Positions 23,679-34,185 of a stretch of DNA of 37,900 nucleotides are shown here, in pieces. The DNA is from a virus. Its lineage: Duplodnaviria; Caudoviricetes. Positions within the stretch are counted from its first letter, which is position 1, and every line of letters starts with the position of its first letter. The position numbers and the translations under genes are program-made. Under the pieces are notes generated by a model that had not been told where the DNA came from, made no database searches, and saw only the letters and a list, made by a program, of their open reading frames with translations. The stretch covers positions 1 to 37,900 of the IMG/VR virus record IMGVR_UViG_3300016476_000092, one strand, 5' to 3'.

Positions 23679-24692
23679 TCAGCCCCTCGCGAAGTAGTTG
23701 TCAGTGGCGAAGCCCATGTTCCTCATGAACCCATCGACAGCATTCATGAGCGTGTTCTTGCCGTTCTTCGTTGACTCCCAGCGCGGGTCGTTCCGCAACT
23801 TCGTCTCAAACTCCACGTAGTTCATCGGAACCTGCTCACCCTTCTCATTCACTTGGCCAAGAGCCGCAGTGATGTACGGGTCATCCAGAGCAATCGACTC
23901 CTCCGGAAGTTCAAGGATGTCCTGCATGCGAGACAGGTACGGCGAAGCGAGAGCGCGAACGCTCACGCCAGCCTTGATCTTGTCGGCGTACATCGGGTAG
24001 CGAGCAGCAGCCTGCTCGCGGATCCACGCTTGATAGTCAGCCACACTGGACTCGCCCTTGGCGATTGATGTGGTCACATCATCAACCCACTTCTGAGACA
24101 GGACCACACCGTTGTCCTTCGCAAGTGCACGCAGGGACATGGCAGTCTCGGCGGCGCTGCCGCGAGAACTGCTCAGGAAACTGGACAGGGCATCAGCCAT
24201 CAGTCCCTGACGGCTGCCCTCGTACCAGCCCTTCATGACGTAGTCCTCAGCGAACTGGTTCAACTGCTCGGTGCTGAGTTCCGCGCCCATCGCGGATGCG
24301 GTGCGCTGCACCACTTCCCTCGCCTGAGTGAGTTGGTCTTCCCACTCCTTGCCACCGGCCTGCTTCGCAAGCCAGCCCTTACGGGCGTAGTCGCTGCCCT
24401 GATCGTTGTACCACTTCGTGTTCTGGATCGCGGCTTGGAACTGGGCCGGAGTCCAGCCTCCGGCAATCGCCTCATCGAAGACCTTCTTCAGCGTCGGATC
24501 GGCACCGACGATCCGGGCTGCTGTCGCGTAGTCACGCTCCAGCATCCCCATCGACAGGGTGTCACGACGCAGCGTGACATCCGCTTGGTTAGCCTTGCCG
24601 TCACCGTTCAAGTCATCGAGGGCATTCACGTTGCCGTCGTTGTTGACATCCGTGTTGCCCTTGACGGGACCGGGCTTCTTCTCAGACGCCAT
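23679..24692 (-). CDS. probable internal virion protein with N-terminal EF-hand/dockerin-like motif
   Basis: DVNNDGNVNALDDLNGDGKANQAD, then a helical body with LRNDPRWE.T. Confidence 0.65.
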   Translation of the reverse strand: MASEKKPGPVKGNTDVNNDGNVNALDDLNGDGKANQADVTLRRDTLSMGMLERDYATAARIVGADPTLKKVFDEAIAGGWTPAQFQAAIQNTKWYNDQGSDYARKGWLAKQAGGKEWEDQLTQAREVVQRTASAMGAELSTEQLNQFAEDYVMKGWYEGSRQGLMADALSSFLSSSRGSAAETAMSLRALAKDNGVVLSQKWVDDVTTSIAKGESSVADYQAWIREQAAARYPMYADKIKAGVSVRALASPYLSRMQDILELPEESIALDDPYITAALGQVNEKGEQVPMNYVEFETKLRNDPRWESTKNGKNTLMNAVDGFMRNMGFATDNYFARG

Positions 24693-25564
24693 CAGATCGC
24701 CCTCATCGGATTCTCCAGTGCGTCAATGAACGCATCAAGGTAGGTCGTTGCTGTCTGGTACTCGGCGTACCCTTCCTGTGACTTCGCGAATCGCTGCGCG
24801 AAGTCATCACGGTTGAAGCCGCCAGTCTGGTTCGTGGTGCTTGTCGTGTTGCTGCCAGACGACACACCCTCGCGAACCGTCACCGTCGGGTTCTGCTTCT
24901 CCTGAAGGTTCAGCGCCTTCAGGAATGCCTGCTGCTCAACCTGCGTAGCCTCCCGACCAAGGTACCCAGTCAGTGCGTTGTTGATGATCTGGTTCGCGGT
25001 ACCACGGTCCGTGAGCGACACGGACCGATCTACCTGACGGAACGGTCCACCGCCTCCTCCCCCTCCACCTCCGCTGAGGCTGGAGGGGACACCGGACTTG
25101 CCCCATTTCTTCAGCAGATCCTCAACCGTGACATCCGGGTTCTTCCCAGTCTGGCGTGCGTACGCCACCTGAGACACGGCTGCCTTCCAGACACCCTCAA
25201 CCTTGGACAGATCACCGCCAGCAGCGGTGAGCGCCAGTTGCCCCATGCGGGGATCGGTAGCGAAGATTCCCGAGTTGTATGCCGTGTACAGCGGCATCGA
25301 CTGGGAACCGAAGTTGGACTCCAGCCGACCGTTGTCGGCTGAGCCAACCCACTTGGGCTGACCAGCGGTGATCGGAACCGAGTAGTCGTTCTTGTAGTCG
25401 TACCCGTAGGGAACGTCAGCCTTCTCCTGAGCCTTTGAGGCGTTGATAGCAGCAACGATGTCGGCCTGCGTGAGCACGGAAGAGCCGCCAGTCTGCGGCC
25501 TTCCGGTCACCGGGGCCTGCGCGTTTCCCTTGCCAACCTCGTCACTGAGGCTGCCACCAGCCAT
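24692..25564 (-). CDS. probable internal virion protein
   Basis: Gly-run linker and LGREAT..E...F..ALN..EK.NP. Translationally coupled to its neighbours. Confidence 0.6.
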   Translation of the reverse strand: MAGGSLSDEVGKGNAQAPVTGRPQTGGSSVLTQADIVAAINASKAQEKADVPYGYDYKNDYSVPITAGQPKWVGSADNGRLESNFGSQSMPLYTAYNSGIFATDPRMGQLALTAAGGDLSKVEGVWKAAVSQVAYARQTGKNPDVTVEDLLKKWGKSGVPSSLSGGGGGGGGGPFRQVDRSVSLTDRGTANQIINNALTGYLGREATQVEQQAFLKALNLQEKQNPTVTVREGVSSGSNTTSTTNQTGGFNRDDFAQRFAKSQEGYAEYQTATTYLDAFIDALENPMRAI

Positions 25565-28500
25565 TAGATGTCCCTCCCCGGAATCGGCAGAAGCCGGTCA
25601 GATCCGAAGAACCGTGTGTGCATCTTCTGGAACTCACCAGTCGGATCGCTCTCAGCGATCCTCTTCACTGCCACTTCGTAAAGCATGGCAATGTCGGCGT
25701 TCGACTTGGCGTCAATGTTGTCGCTGCCGCCCTCGCGCTTACGCTGGGCTAGCATGTCCACCAGTTGGTTGCGGGTGTCGTTGAACGCCACCATCGACTG
25801 GACGTACGGCTCGTCGCCGTGCTCCTGCATGTACTTCTCGTTGGTCAGGATCGCGTCCATCGCCTTCACTGAGTCGATGTACCGCGCACCACCACGGTCG
25901 TTATATTCTGCCCACCATCCCGGGTACATTTCGCCGATTCGCTGGGCTGCCGTCTTCTTCAGACTGTTGTACTGATCCTCGTCAATCGCACCCGTGTTCA
26001 GCATCGCGCCCAACTGCTCGTCGGTAGCATCGAACTTGTACCAGCCCATCTCCTTGTCAACATCAAGGAGCATGTCTCGCCGGTTACCAGAACCGGCTCG
26101 CAGGTACTTGCCACCAGCGCCTTCGACGGCGCGGTTGAACTGCCATGCGTACACGGCAGGATCGAAGCCGTCCTCGTTCAGTGCCTTGGAGAACGGGCGG
26201 GTAGCCATCGTGATGAACCCGGCATCCGTGCCGAGGTTCCCCAGTTCAGCCATCAGTTCGGGATTCTTCTCAAACTCCCTGAACTCCCCAACCGTCGGGG
26301 CAATACCTGACGAGCGGCCAGACAGCGACAGCGTCGCCGCAAAGAACGCCTCACCGTACTTCGTGATGAACTCAGACTGAGCGGCTTCGTAGCCGCCGCC
26401 ACCGGGCTCGTTCGCCTTCGCCAGAGTGTTGCGCCACTCGTCAATGTAGAACTGGTACTTCGACTGGAACCCAGTGGCGAACGGTGCCGTGAGTGCCACG
26501 GCAGCGCGGAAGTAGAAGAACTTCTTCGCGTCGTTCACTGCGTCAATGAAGTCGGGGGCCTGACCCTGACGACCGTTCAACTCCCAGTCAATGATGCGGG
26601 ACTGGTAGATCGACATCGCGGCGTTGGAGAACGACGCGGAGTTGCCCTCACGCCAAGCGTTGTACAGGCGTGCACCGGCAGCGGGGAGAACCGACTCGGC
26701 GATCATGTCGCCGAGGTTCTTCTCCTTCGTCGGACCGAACGGGAGCACCGCCCCATACAGGGACTTGCTCAGTTCCTTCAGGGGAACGAACTCGCCCAGA
26801 CCGCCTAGGTTGCCGGTCTGGATCTCGGTCGCAACATCCGGCATCTGCGATGCCAGCCACGATGCTGGCAGCGCAACCAGAGGCCCAAGGCCCGGAACCC
26901 AGAAGTGCTCACCCTGAAGCAGCACGTCAAGGGAACCCTTGGAGATCGACAGGCTGGAGTTGCCGCCCGTGAGGAACGACATCTTCTCGGCCACAGCCGG
27001 GGTCATCTGGATGACCAACTGGCCCTCGTCGGCACCAGCAACCTTGTTGGCGAGCCGCTCGAAAACGTTCGGGATGCCGTTGCCCTCAGTGGCAGCGGGA
27101 TTGATCCGCTGCCCGTTCTCGTCCCGAACCATGCCAATCGACTCGGGCGCACTGAACGCGAGCCCGTAACGGGCGAGAGTCTCCGGCTTCTCCACCGGCA
27201 TGCGCAGCAGCCAGAACTTCATGCTGGACGCCCATGCGGGGAAGAACGGCACGATGAAGCGGAACATGTGCGCCGGGGTGGAGATCCTCTGGATCGTGTA
27301 CAGGGTGTCGTTCACCTGCCGCAGGGCACGCTTCTTCGCCGCGATGTTCATCGCGTTGATCTGCGCGTCCGTGAACTTCGCGGGACCACCGCCCTGACGG
27401 GCGCTGATCTGCGGAGCGTAGATGTCGATCTGCCGCTGCATCTCCTCACGCCACCGTGCACGGTAGAACGGGTGACGGACCAGAGCGTTCTCGGGCAGAG
27501 TGCCCAGCACGCGCATCACGTTGCCCGTGAAGCCACGCCAGTTCTTGCCCATCTCGTACTGCACACCGAAACCCTGAAGATCCTGAAGGTCAGTACGCCA
27601 GCCCAGTTCCGTGCGCAGCCACATCGGAGTCACGTCATGGTCGGCGATGTGCGACATGATCCGGCGCTGATCCTCCGGGCTGCCGGGGATCAGACGCCGC
27701 AGGATCTCCTCGCGGTCAGCGATCTCCGTAAGGATCGCCTGCTCCGCATCCTCGGTCAGGATGTCCTTCGACACGTAGCCACGGAAGTCGCTGATGCCAG
27801 CGACATCACGGATCCACGCACGGCCACGGTCAGTGGCCTTCAGGCCAGCGTAGATCTCTTCCACGCTCATACCACGGAAGAGCATCTCGCCGACTGGATC
27901 GTTGCGCCAGATCTTGTTGATCTCATCCGCGAACGTGTTCCAGTACATGCGGTCGGCAGGCTCGTACTTTGTCGGCGTCATCGTGCGCTGCATCATCCGC
28001 ATGCTGCGGTCGGTGAAGCCGTACAACTCCATCTGGACGCGGCGGTCAGAGCCTGCGTCCAGAGCGTTCTTCGCGCCCTGATTGGCGGCGCTGAACACGC
28101 CGTCCGTCTCAAACGCCTCGATGCCGCCCTTGTCGAACCGCTCCGTGCCGGAGCCGATCTTCTTCTTGGCCTGCTTGCCGGACGCCTTGCGCTTCCCCAG
28201 TCGCTTACGCAGCACCTCGGCGGCAGCCTTCGCTGCCTCCTGATCCGCGAGGAACTTCTCGGTACCGCCAGCAGCAACCTGCTCAAGCGTTCCGATCTCG
28301 TTGTTCAGACGCGCGATCTCAGGATCGTTGTTGACAAGCATCGTCGCGAAGTCGTCAACCTCATCGCTCTCCAGCGTGCGGCTGTACGCGGCACCAGTGC
28401 GCTTCTTGCCCAGCATCCCAGACACGGTCTGGAACTTGCCGTTGATCATGACGTGGGTGTACGGGTTCGGCCCATCGAAACCCTCACGGGTCTCCATGTA

Positions 28501-31500
28501 CCGGGCAACCTTCGCCTTCGTCTCCGGTGTGCCCTTGCCGGTGCGGAGGAACTCCAGCACCGCAGTGTCACCATCGAACTGGCTGAGGAGAGCCTCGTCG
28601 TCCACGTTGTTCGGCATCCACACCTGAGGATGCCGGACGGTCTCCTCGCGCTGGAACGCAGCGAACTGCCGATCCGTGAAGTCCTTCGTCAGCATCTGCC
28701 CCGGCAGGACAGCATCCAACTGGTCCGTGTTCACGGACACCATGTCCGGGTTCACGATCAGTCGGTATCCGCTCGGGGACAGCGAGTCGTTCACGTAGAT
28801 GCGGCCAATGCCGTTCTGCTCCATGTACTTGCCAAGGAGCCGCTCGCCGTCGCGAGTCATCATCGCCGCGTCGAAGTTCTTCGCCTCGTACGGGGCGACA
28901 GTCTCCCGCACGTCGATCTTGTGCTGTATCGCGTCGCGCTTCACACCAAGCGCTTCCATCTTCCGCATCGTCTGCTGGAGAAGGATCGCCTCATTGGTCA
29001 GTTCGTCAATGGGGGTCAGTTCCGGCTGCGTGTACCAGATGAACACCTCATGGTCACGGGTTCCGAAGTTCTGACCACCGAGATGGGTGACGCCATCGAA
29101 GCCCTCGTCGCGCACGCCATCGACCCACAGCATCTGCGCTTGGTACTCAGTGTCGGCCCAGTCCTCGCCACGCTCAACCGTGAGCCAACGACCCTCACGG
29201 GTGGACGCAACGTCCACGCCCATGTCGTCGGCGATCCGACGCTGGAAGTAGTCGACCATCGCCTCGCGATACTGGTCGACGGTGTAGTCCAGAATCTCGC
29301 CGTCACCAGACAGGCTGAACTGCGCGTCGTCCACGCGGTCACGGACGATGCCGTCGATCTCATCCCACGCAGTGTCGAAGTCGGCTTCGTCGCCGTACTT
29401 CTCCTGCATACGGGCGAAGATCCGCTTCAGATTGTCCTCGGCCTCGTACGAGTCAACAACATCGTCAAGGTTGAGGAACCCCTGCGTGTTCGGATCGAAC
29501 GTGGTCGCATAGAACGTGGGCTTGCCGTCCTTGTCGACGGCACGGTTGATCACGTACTCCACGGCGATCTCGGGATCGTCCGTGGTGTAGAACCCGATGC
29601 CCTTGTGCACAGCGCCAGTGTCAAGAACGTTGTTGATCGGGTCCGGGTTGATCTCATCGCCACGGACCTTCGACCCGCCATGGAACACGGGCATGTCGCC
29701 TGCGGCGAACTCGTCCCAGTCGAACTCGTCAACCATGTCGACAAGGTTCTGGCGGATCGCGTTCGCGTCTTCAAGCGCAGACTCGTACGCCTGACGGGTG
29801 CGGCTGTACTGCTTGACCAGCCGCTTCAGGCGGCTGCTCTCGATCAGGAGTCCGTTGTCGGTAAACCACTGCCGGACATTGTCCGGCATCCGGTTGACCA
29901 TCAACTTGACGCCGATGGCCTCGGCCAGCATCGGATCCGTCTTCGCCATCTCGGCGATGACAAGGATGTCCTCGATGGGGCGCTTGCCCGGGGTCGCCTC
30001 AGCGACCTCGCCGAACAGTTCCCGATGCAGGGCGAAGATGTTGGATGCTTGGTCGATCTCAGCGTCCGCGTTGTCAGTCACCATCTTGCTGACAGCATTG
30101 ACTGCAACCATGTCCGGCGTGGAGTAGCGCAGATCAAGCGCGTCGCCAGCGACGTTCGCCCGGACGTTCGTTACCTTGTCGAAGTTCTCCTTCGCGAGAA
30201 CCGCGATGTTGCCATCAGCAATGTCGATGTTGTCGACCTCGTCCATGTGGTGGACGATCTGGTACAGGCCAGAGTCGACAATGCGAACAACCTTGTCACC
30301 ATCCTGCATTCGCTGCGCAATGGCGCGGCGAATCGCACGATCAGTCAGATCATCGAAGCGCTGTGCAGCGTCGGAACCCAGTTCCCCCTGCTGCGCACGG
30401 GTGCGCAGTTCCGAGTACTCCATCGCCTCGCGACGTGACATGAAGCGAGCGACCGAGTCGTGGATCTCGTCAACCGGGATCCCGTCTTCGACACCCATGA
30501 TGTCGTCAACGGTGGAGACGGGAACCGACTCATCGTTGATGGCGCGAGTGGCTGCGTCCTCAGGGTTGTCGAACGCGCCAGCAGTCTTCGCCGAACGGCG
30601 AGACTTGGAGGTCGGGGCGAGCAGTGGCCGGACATACTGGGAGGGAACCCAGATCTCCTGAGCGTTATCCATGATCTCGGTCATTCGCCCACGGGCGATG
30701 TCGTCAATCTCTTCCCACACCTGACCGACCATCGTGTCCAGACGGTCGATGTTGGACTGGGCGATCCGCTCCTGCGCAGCCTTGCGGTGCTGAGCAATGA
30801 TGCTGTCGCGCTGAGCGATCAGCGCAGACAGGGACTGCTGGGCCTTGTGCGCTTCCTTGGCACTTGCCTCGCTCGTCTCGCGAGCAGCGTCAAGGTTGCG
30901 GATAGCGCGACGCACGGAGCCGTACTTGATGGCCCGGGGAATAGCAAGCGCCTTGTCTGCTCCACGTCCGATGGACGAAGCCCAGCGCACAAACGCCGCA
31001 TCCTGCTCGCTGATCCGCGTACCCTTGCTGCGGTCCTTCAGTGCACCGATGGTGCCGTAGGCAGCCAGTTCACGCAGCCAACCCTCAGCCACGTTGCGCT
31101 GGGTGTAACCCAGCCGCATCAGAACCAGAGGACGCCAGATCGCATCGAACCGGGAGAACAGTTCGTCAGCACCCTTGCTGAGGTTGGTAGCGGTGCGACG
31201 CGCGGCGCTACCTTGCTCCAAGCGGAAGACAGTTTCAAGGAAGTTGAAGTCAGTGGCGAAGTACGTCTCAGCCTTCTTGGACTGCATGTCCAGACCGCGC
31301 AGCGCCTCCTGCATCTGAGGCACCGAGATGATGTCGCCGGAGTCTTCGAAGAAGCCGTGACGCTGCACGTTCTCCAGAAGCCCCTGCTTCATGGACGAGT
31401 ACTGGGAGACGATCTTCGCGACACGCTCAGGGGCCACGTTGTAGTGCGCGGCAAGCGCACGAGTAACGGTAGCGTCGAACTCCTGCATGACTTCCCACCG

Positions 31501-33399
31501 CGCCGAAGCGGTGGGAGCGTCGATCATCTTGCGGTAGATGCGCTCACGGAACCCGGACACCGTCTCTTCGGTGCCGGGGAGAAGCGCCTCAGCGTTCATC
31601 TTCGCCAGACGCCGGAACATCGGCGTCGTCTGGAAGATCGCGTCGATCTCGCCAACAACCATCTGCGAGTCATTGAGGTCAACGCGACCGACCTGACGGG
31701 CGGTCTTCATGTAGTCCATGCTGGAGTGCGCGAAGACGCGCACCTTGCGACCGTACTTACCACCCGTGAAGAAGGAAGTCTCCTTCCACAGGTGACCGCC
31801 AGCGTCACGGAGCGCAGCCTTCTCGGCTGCCTTCTCCATGGACACAACTGAGTTCGGGCCGAACTCCAGTCGGGACAGGGTGATCTTGTCAAGGTTCAGG
31901 GTGGAGATGCCGCCGTCCTTGGACAGGGCGGCAACCATGTCACGCAGCGGCTGGTTCTCCTCCAGCGCAGCCTTGTACACGTCCTCCAACTGGCCGAGGT
32001 TCTTCTCGGCCATGGCCTTGTTCGCGGCAGCGAGAGGCGTGGTCGGCGTGATATCGAGTACGCTCTTGAGCCGGTCGATCTGCTGCCGCTTGTACGACAG
32101 GGCATCACCAGCGATGGCGTCCATCTTCAGCAGTTCATCGACCGCAGCCATGTCACCGGCCATGGCGCGGAGACCAACCTGTACCTGCTCGTACGTCTTC
32201 GCGCGGCCAAGCACGCGAGCAACCAGAAGCGAGTCAGTCGACGTGGAAGCGATCTTGTGCTTCAGGACCTGCTGCTCGTTCATCTTGACCAGCGACTCGG
32301 CGAGCCGACCCATGTCGGTTCGCTTCGCCTCAACCGTGCGAACCACATTGCCGTTCACGTCAAGGATCTCGCCCTGAGCGAGACCCTTGCGGAACGCATC
32401 GTTCGCGACGAGTTCGTCGGTCATCTTGTTCACGTCACCGAACGAGTCAAGGCTACGCATGAACAGGGTGCGACCGACCTTGCCGATGCCCTTACCGGCG
32501 ATAACGTCCACGCCGACGTACCACTGGATCGCGGCGTCAGAAGCGCCAGTGATCCAGCGGCCAAGTCCTTGGTTGTAGGCAGACTCACGCTCTTGGTAGT
32601 TCGTGACATCCCAAGTGGAGTACAGGCCGGACATCCACGAGTACAACTGGCGCGTGTTGTTCGGATCCTCAAGGCCGATCTTGCTGTCCTCAAGGATCAT
32701 CTTGTCAACGGCTTCCCGCGCACCGGGGATGACGTTGGCGATCATGTTGTAGCCGCCACGACCGTAGAACGTGGCAAGACCCTGACCAGCAGTAATGCTG
32801 TTCGTGGCCGTGATCATCTGGCCGTTGTCGCCTATGACCTCGATGTTGTCGCCCCACGTGTCGCCAACGAGGCGACCGATCTCACCGAAGTTGATGCCGT
32901 CGCGCATGTACGGCGTTGCCGCGTACTTGCCCGACACGACTGCCTCACCCGTGAGGGCGGTAGTGGCGATGGCGGTGTTCATGCCGCGCTGGCCGTAGTC
33001 CAGTGCGGTGATCGTGGCACCCAGCGGTGCGGCGGCTACGCCAGCAACACTGGTAACTGGGTTGGTGGTGTCAACTCCGATGCGTCGACCAGCGGCCTTG
33101 ACGGACTCGTCCCGCATCCACTTGCCCTGCGAACTGACAGTCTGAAGGCGACCGTTCGAAGCGACGGTCGGGGTCATGGAGTTGGCGAAGTCCTGCATCG
33201 CGGCACCGCCCACGGTGCCTGCGTCTTGGCCACGACCCATGATGAAGTTCCACGCGCCACCGACGGCATCGCCGACGGCGTCCATGACGCCGCCGTCTGC
33301 CTCAGCGGCAGCCTGCCCCATCTTCTGACCACCACGACCCTGCGGCTGGCCAAGAGCCTGCGCACGGAAACGACCCAGAGGGGAGTTCTCGCTATACAT
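25564..33399 (-). CDS. giant (2611 aa) internal virion / polyvalent protein with ADP-ribosyltransferase-like domain
   Basis: Size and position. VFHGG...GIGFYTTDDPEIAVEY...GFDGVTH...HEVFIWY (about 29020-29694). Helical C-terminal half (ENALVRHPFY, RFIVPFF). Confidence 0.8.
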   Translation of the reverse strand: MYSENSPLGRFRAQALGQPQGRGGQKMGQAAAEADGGVMDAVGDAVGGAWNFIMGRGQDAGTVGGAAMQDFANSMTPTVASNGRLQTVSSQGKWMRDESVKAAGRRIGVDTTNPVTSVAGVAAAPLGATITALDYGQRGMNTAIATTALTGEAVVSGKYAATPYMRDGINFGEIGRLVGDTWGDNIEVIGDNGQMITATNSITAGQGLATFYGRGGYNMIANVIPGAREAVDKMILEDSKIGLEDPNNTRQLYSWMSGLYSTWDVTNYQERESAYNQGLGRWITGASDAAIQWYVGVDVIAGKGIGKVGRTLFMRSLDSFGDVNKMTDELVANDAFRKGLAQGEILDVNGNVVRTVEAKRTDMGRLAESLVKMNEQQVLKHKIASTSTDSLLVARVLGRAKTYEQVQVGLRAMAGDMAAVDELLKMDAIAGDALSYKRQQIDRLKSVLDITPTTPLAAANKAMAEKNLGQLEDVYKAALEENQPLRDMVAALSKDGGISTLNLDKITLSRLEFGPNSVVSMEKAAEKAALRDAGGHLWKETSFFTGGKYGRKVRVFAHSSMDYMKTARQVGRVDLNDSQMVVGEIDAIFQTTPMFRRLAKMNAEALLPGTEETVSGFRERIYRKMIDAPTASARWEVMQEFDATVTRALAAHYNVAPERVAKIVSQYSSMKQGLLENVQRHGFFEDSGDIISVPQMQEALRGLDMQSKKAETYFATDFNFLETVFRLEQGSAARRTATNLSKGADELFSRFDAIWRPLVLMRLGYTQRNVAEGWLRELAAYGTIGALKDRSKGTRISEQDAAFVRWASSIGRGADKALAIPRAIKYGSVRRAIRNLDAARETSEASAKEAHKAQQSLSALIAQRDSIIAQHRKAAQERIAQSNIDRLDTMVGQVWEEIDDIARGRMTEIMDNAQEIWVPSQYVRPLLAPTSKSRRSAKTAGAFDNPEDAATRAINDESVPVSTVDDIMGVEDGIPVDEIHDSVARFMSRREAMEYSELRTRAQQGELGSDAAQRFDDLTDRAIRRAIAQRMQDGDKVVRIVDSGLYQIVHHMDEVDNIDIADGNIAVLAKENFDKVTNVRANVAGDALDLRYSTPDMVAVNAVSKMVTDNADAEIDQASNIFALHRELFGEVAEATPGKRPIEDILVIAEMAKTDPMLAEAIGVKLMVNRMPDNVRQWFTDNGLLIESSRLKRLVKQYSRTRQAYESALEDANAIRQNLVDMVDEFDWDEFAAGDMPVFHGGSKVRGDEINPDPINNVLDTGAVHKGIGFYTTDDPEIAVEYVINRAVDKDGKPTFYATTFDPNTQGFLNLDDVVDSYEAEDNLKRIFARMQEKYGDEADFDTAWDEIDGIVRDRVDDAQFSLSGDGEILDYTVDQYREAMVDYFQRRIADDMGVDVASTREGRWLTVERGEDWADTEYQAQMLWVDGVRDEGFDGVTHLGGQNFGTRDHEVFIWYTQPELTPIDELTNEAILLQQTMRKMEALGVKRDAIQHKIDVRETVAPYEAKNFDAAMMTRDGERLLGKYMEQNGIGRIYVNDSLSPSGYRLIVNPDMVSVNTDQLDAVLPGQMLTKDFTDRQFAAFQREETVRHPQVWMPNNVDDEALLSQFDGDTAVLEFLRTGKGTPETKAKVARYMETREGFDGPNPYTHVMINGKFQTVSGMLGKKRTGAAYSRTLESDEVDDFATMLVNNDPEIARLNNEIGTLEQVAAGGTEKFLADQEAAKAAAEVLRKRLGKRKASGKQAKKKIGSGTERFDKGGIEAFETDGVFSAANQGAKNALDAGSDRRVQMELYGFTDRSMRMMQRTMTPTKYEPADRMYWNTFADEINKIWRNDPVGEMLFRGMSVEEIYAGLKATDRGRAWIRDVAGISDFRGYVSKDILTEDAEQAILTEIADREEILRRLIPGSPEDQRRIMSHIADHDVTPMWLRTELGWRTDLQDLQGFGVQYEMGKNWRGFTGNVMRVLGTLPENALVRHPFYRARWREEMQRQIDIYAPQISARQGGGPAKFTDAQINAMNIAAKKRALRQVNDTLYTIQRISTPAHMFRFIVPFFPAWASSMKFWLLRMPVEKPETLARYGLAFSAPESIGMVRDENGQRINPAATEGNGIPNVFERLANKVAGADEGQLVIQMTPAVAEKMSFLTGGNSSLSISKGSLDVLLQGEHFWVPGLGPLVALPASWLASQMPDVATEIQTGNLGGLGEFVPLKELSKSLYGAVLPFGPTKEKNLGDMIAESVLPAAGARLYNAWREGNSASFSNAAMSIYQSRIIDWELNGRQGQAPDFIDAVNDAKKFFYFRAAVALTAPFATGFQSKYQFYIDEWRNTLAKANEPGGGGYEAAQSEFITKYGEAFFAATLSLSGRSSGIAPTVGEFREFEKNPELMAELGNLGTDAGFITMATRPFSKALNEDGFDPAVYAWQFNRAVEGAGGKYLRAGSGNRRDMLLDVDKEMGWYKFDATDEQLGAMLNTGAIDEDQYNSLKKTAAQRIGEMYPGWWAEYNDRGGARYIDSVKAMDAILTNEKYMQEHGDEPYVQSMVAFNDTRNQLVDMLAQRKREGGSDNIDAKSNADIAMLYEVAVKRIAESDPTGEFQKMHTRFFGSDRLLPIPGRDI

Positions 33400-33547
33400 C
33401 AGCGCCTCCCATCCAGTTCAATACCGCGTCGCGGTCCTCAACGCTCTCCCAGTTCACCTTCGCAAGCGCGTAGATGATGGGGGCGTTGACGACGCCAAGG
33501 CGATCAACGCCAGCAGCGACGTTGTTCACGAAACTGAGGTCGCTCAA
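33392..33547 (-). CDS. hypothetical protein, 51 aa
   Basis: Translated by hand: MSDLSFVNNVAAGVDRLGVVNAPIIYALAKVNWESVEDRDAVLNWMGGADV*. The TTG start overlaps the upstream stop; GAGG RBS. Confidence 0.65.
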   Translation of the reverse strand: MSDLSFVNNVAAGVDRLGVVNAPIIYALAKVNWESVEDRDAVLNWMGGADV

Positions 33548-33939
33548 CGAGCGCCTCGCAGGTACTTGACGAACTGCCGGAACGAATCCGGCGTGTTGTC
33601 CATGGCAGCCATCTGCTCAAACTGGGGCAGGTACTTCGCGATCATCGCGGTGTCTGCATCCAGAACGCTGTCAGTCGGCAGTGCTGAAGAATCTGCACCG
33701 GGTCCGTAGTCGGCCCCGTCGTACACGGGAACGTCAGGACGCTGGGTATCAGCGAACATGTCCGGGGGCGGAGTAAAGCCGCCAGCCATCGGGGCACCCT
33801 GCTGGATCTGCTGGAAGTCGGCCTGCTCGCCGTACCCGGCGTCAGGCAACTGCATCGGGGACTGCATGTCCGTGCGCCGAGAGAGCGCACCGGGGGGTGA
33901 CAGGGCCGCACCGCTGCCATTGAAGCCAGCGTCAGCCAT
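33544..33939 (-). CDS. conserved hypothetical virion-module protein
   Basis: SPPGALSRRTD, YGEQ, TQRPD.P...GA..GPG. GGAGG RBS. Confidence 0.75.
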   Translation of the reverse strand: MADAGFNGSGAALSPPGALSRRTDMQSPMQLPDAGYGEQADFQQIQQGAPMAGGFTPPPDMFADTQRPDVPVYDGADYGPGADSSALPTDSVLDADTAMIAKYLPQFEQMAAMDNTPDSFRQFVKYLRGAR

Positions 33940-34174
33940 CAGTCACCTCCTCATCCTCATCCTCGTCTTCGTCTTCAAGGTCAAGCGTGAAGCCCTCGTG
34001 CATCAGGCCGAGGGCCACAGCCTCGCGAAGCGTGTCGCCGAACAGGTCGCGCACGCGACGCATGATGTCGTCGGCAAGATCAGGGGAGTAGCCGTCAACT
34101 TCCACGTTGAATGTGGTGAACACGGGACCGACTCCGGTCTGAACCGTGATGCTCTTCGGCATGTTCACGGCCAC
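33932..34174 (-). CDS. small acidic hypothetical protein
   Basis: YSPDLADDIMRR and an acidic tail. GGGGA RBS. Confidence 0.7.
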   Translation of the reverse strand: MAVNMPKSITVQTGVGPVFTTFNVEVDGYSPDLADDIMRRVRDLFGDTLREAVALGLMHEGFTLDLEDEDEDEDEEVTDG

Positions 34175-34185
34175 TCCCCTTCCAA

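Noticed and set aside
26905-30438. 1177-aa + strand ORF (and others such as 30460-31851, 32257-33477, 22573-23640, 20825-21766, 16930-18288)
   Set aside because: These are antisense shadows of highly codon-biased GC-rich genes, with no recognisable motifs.
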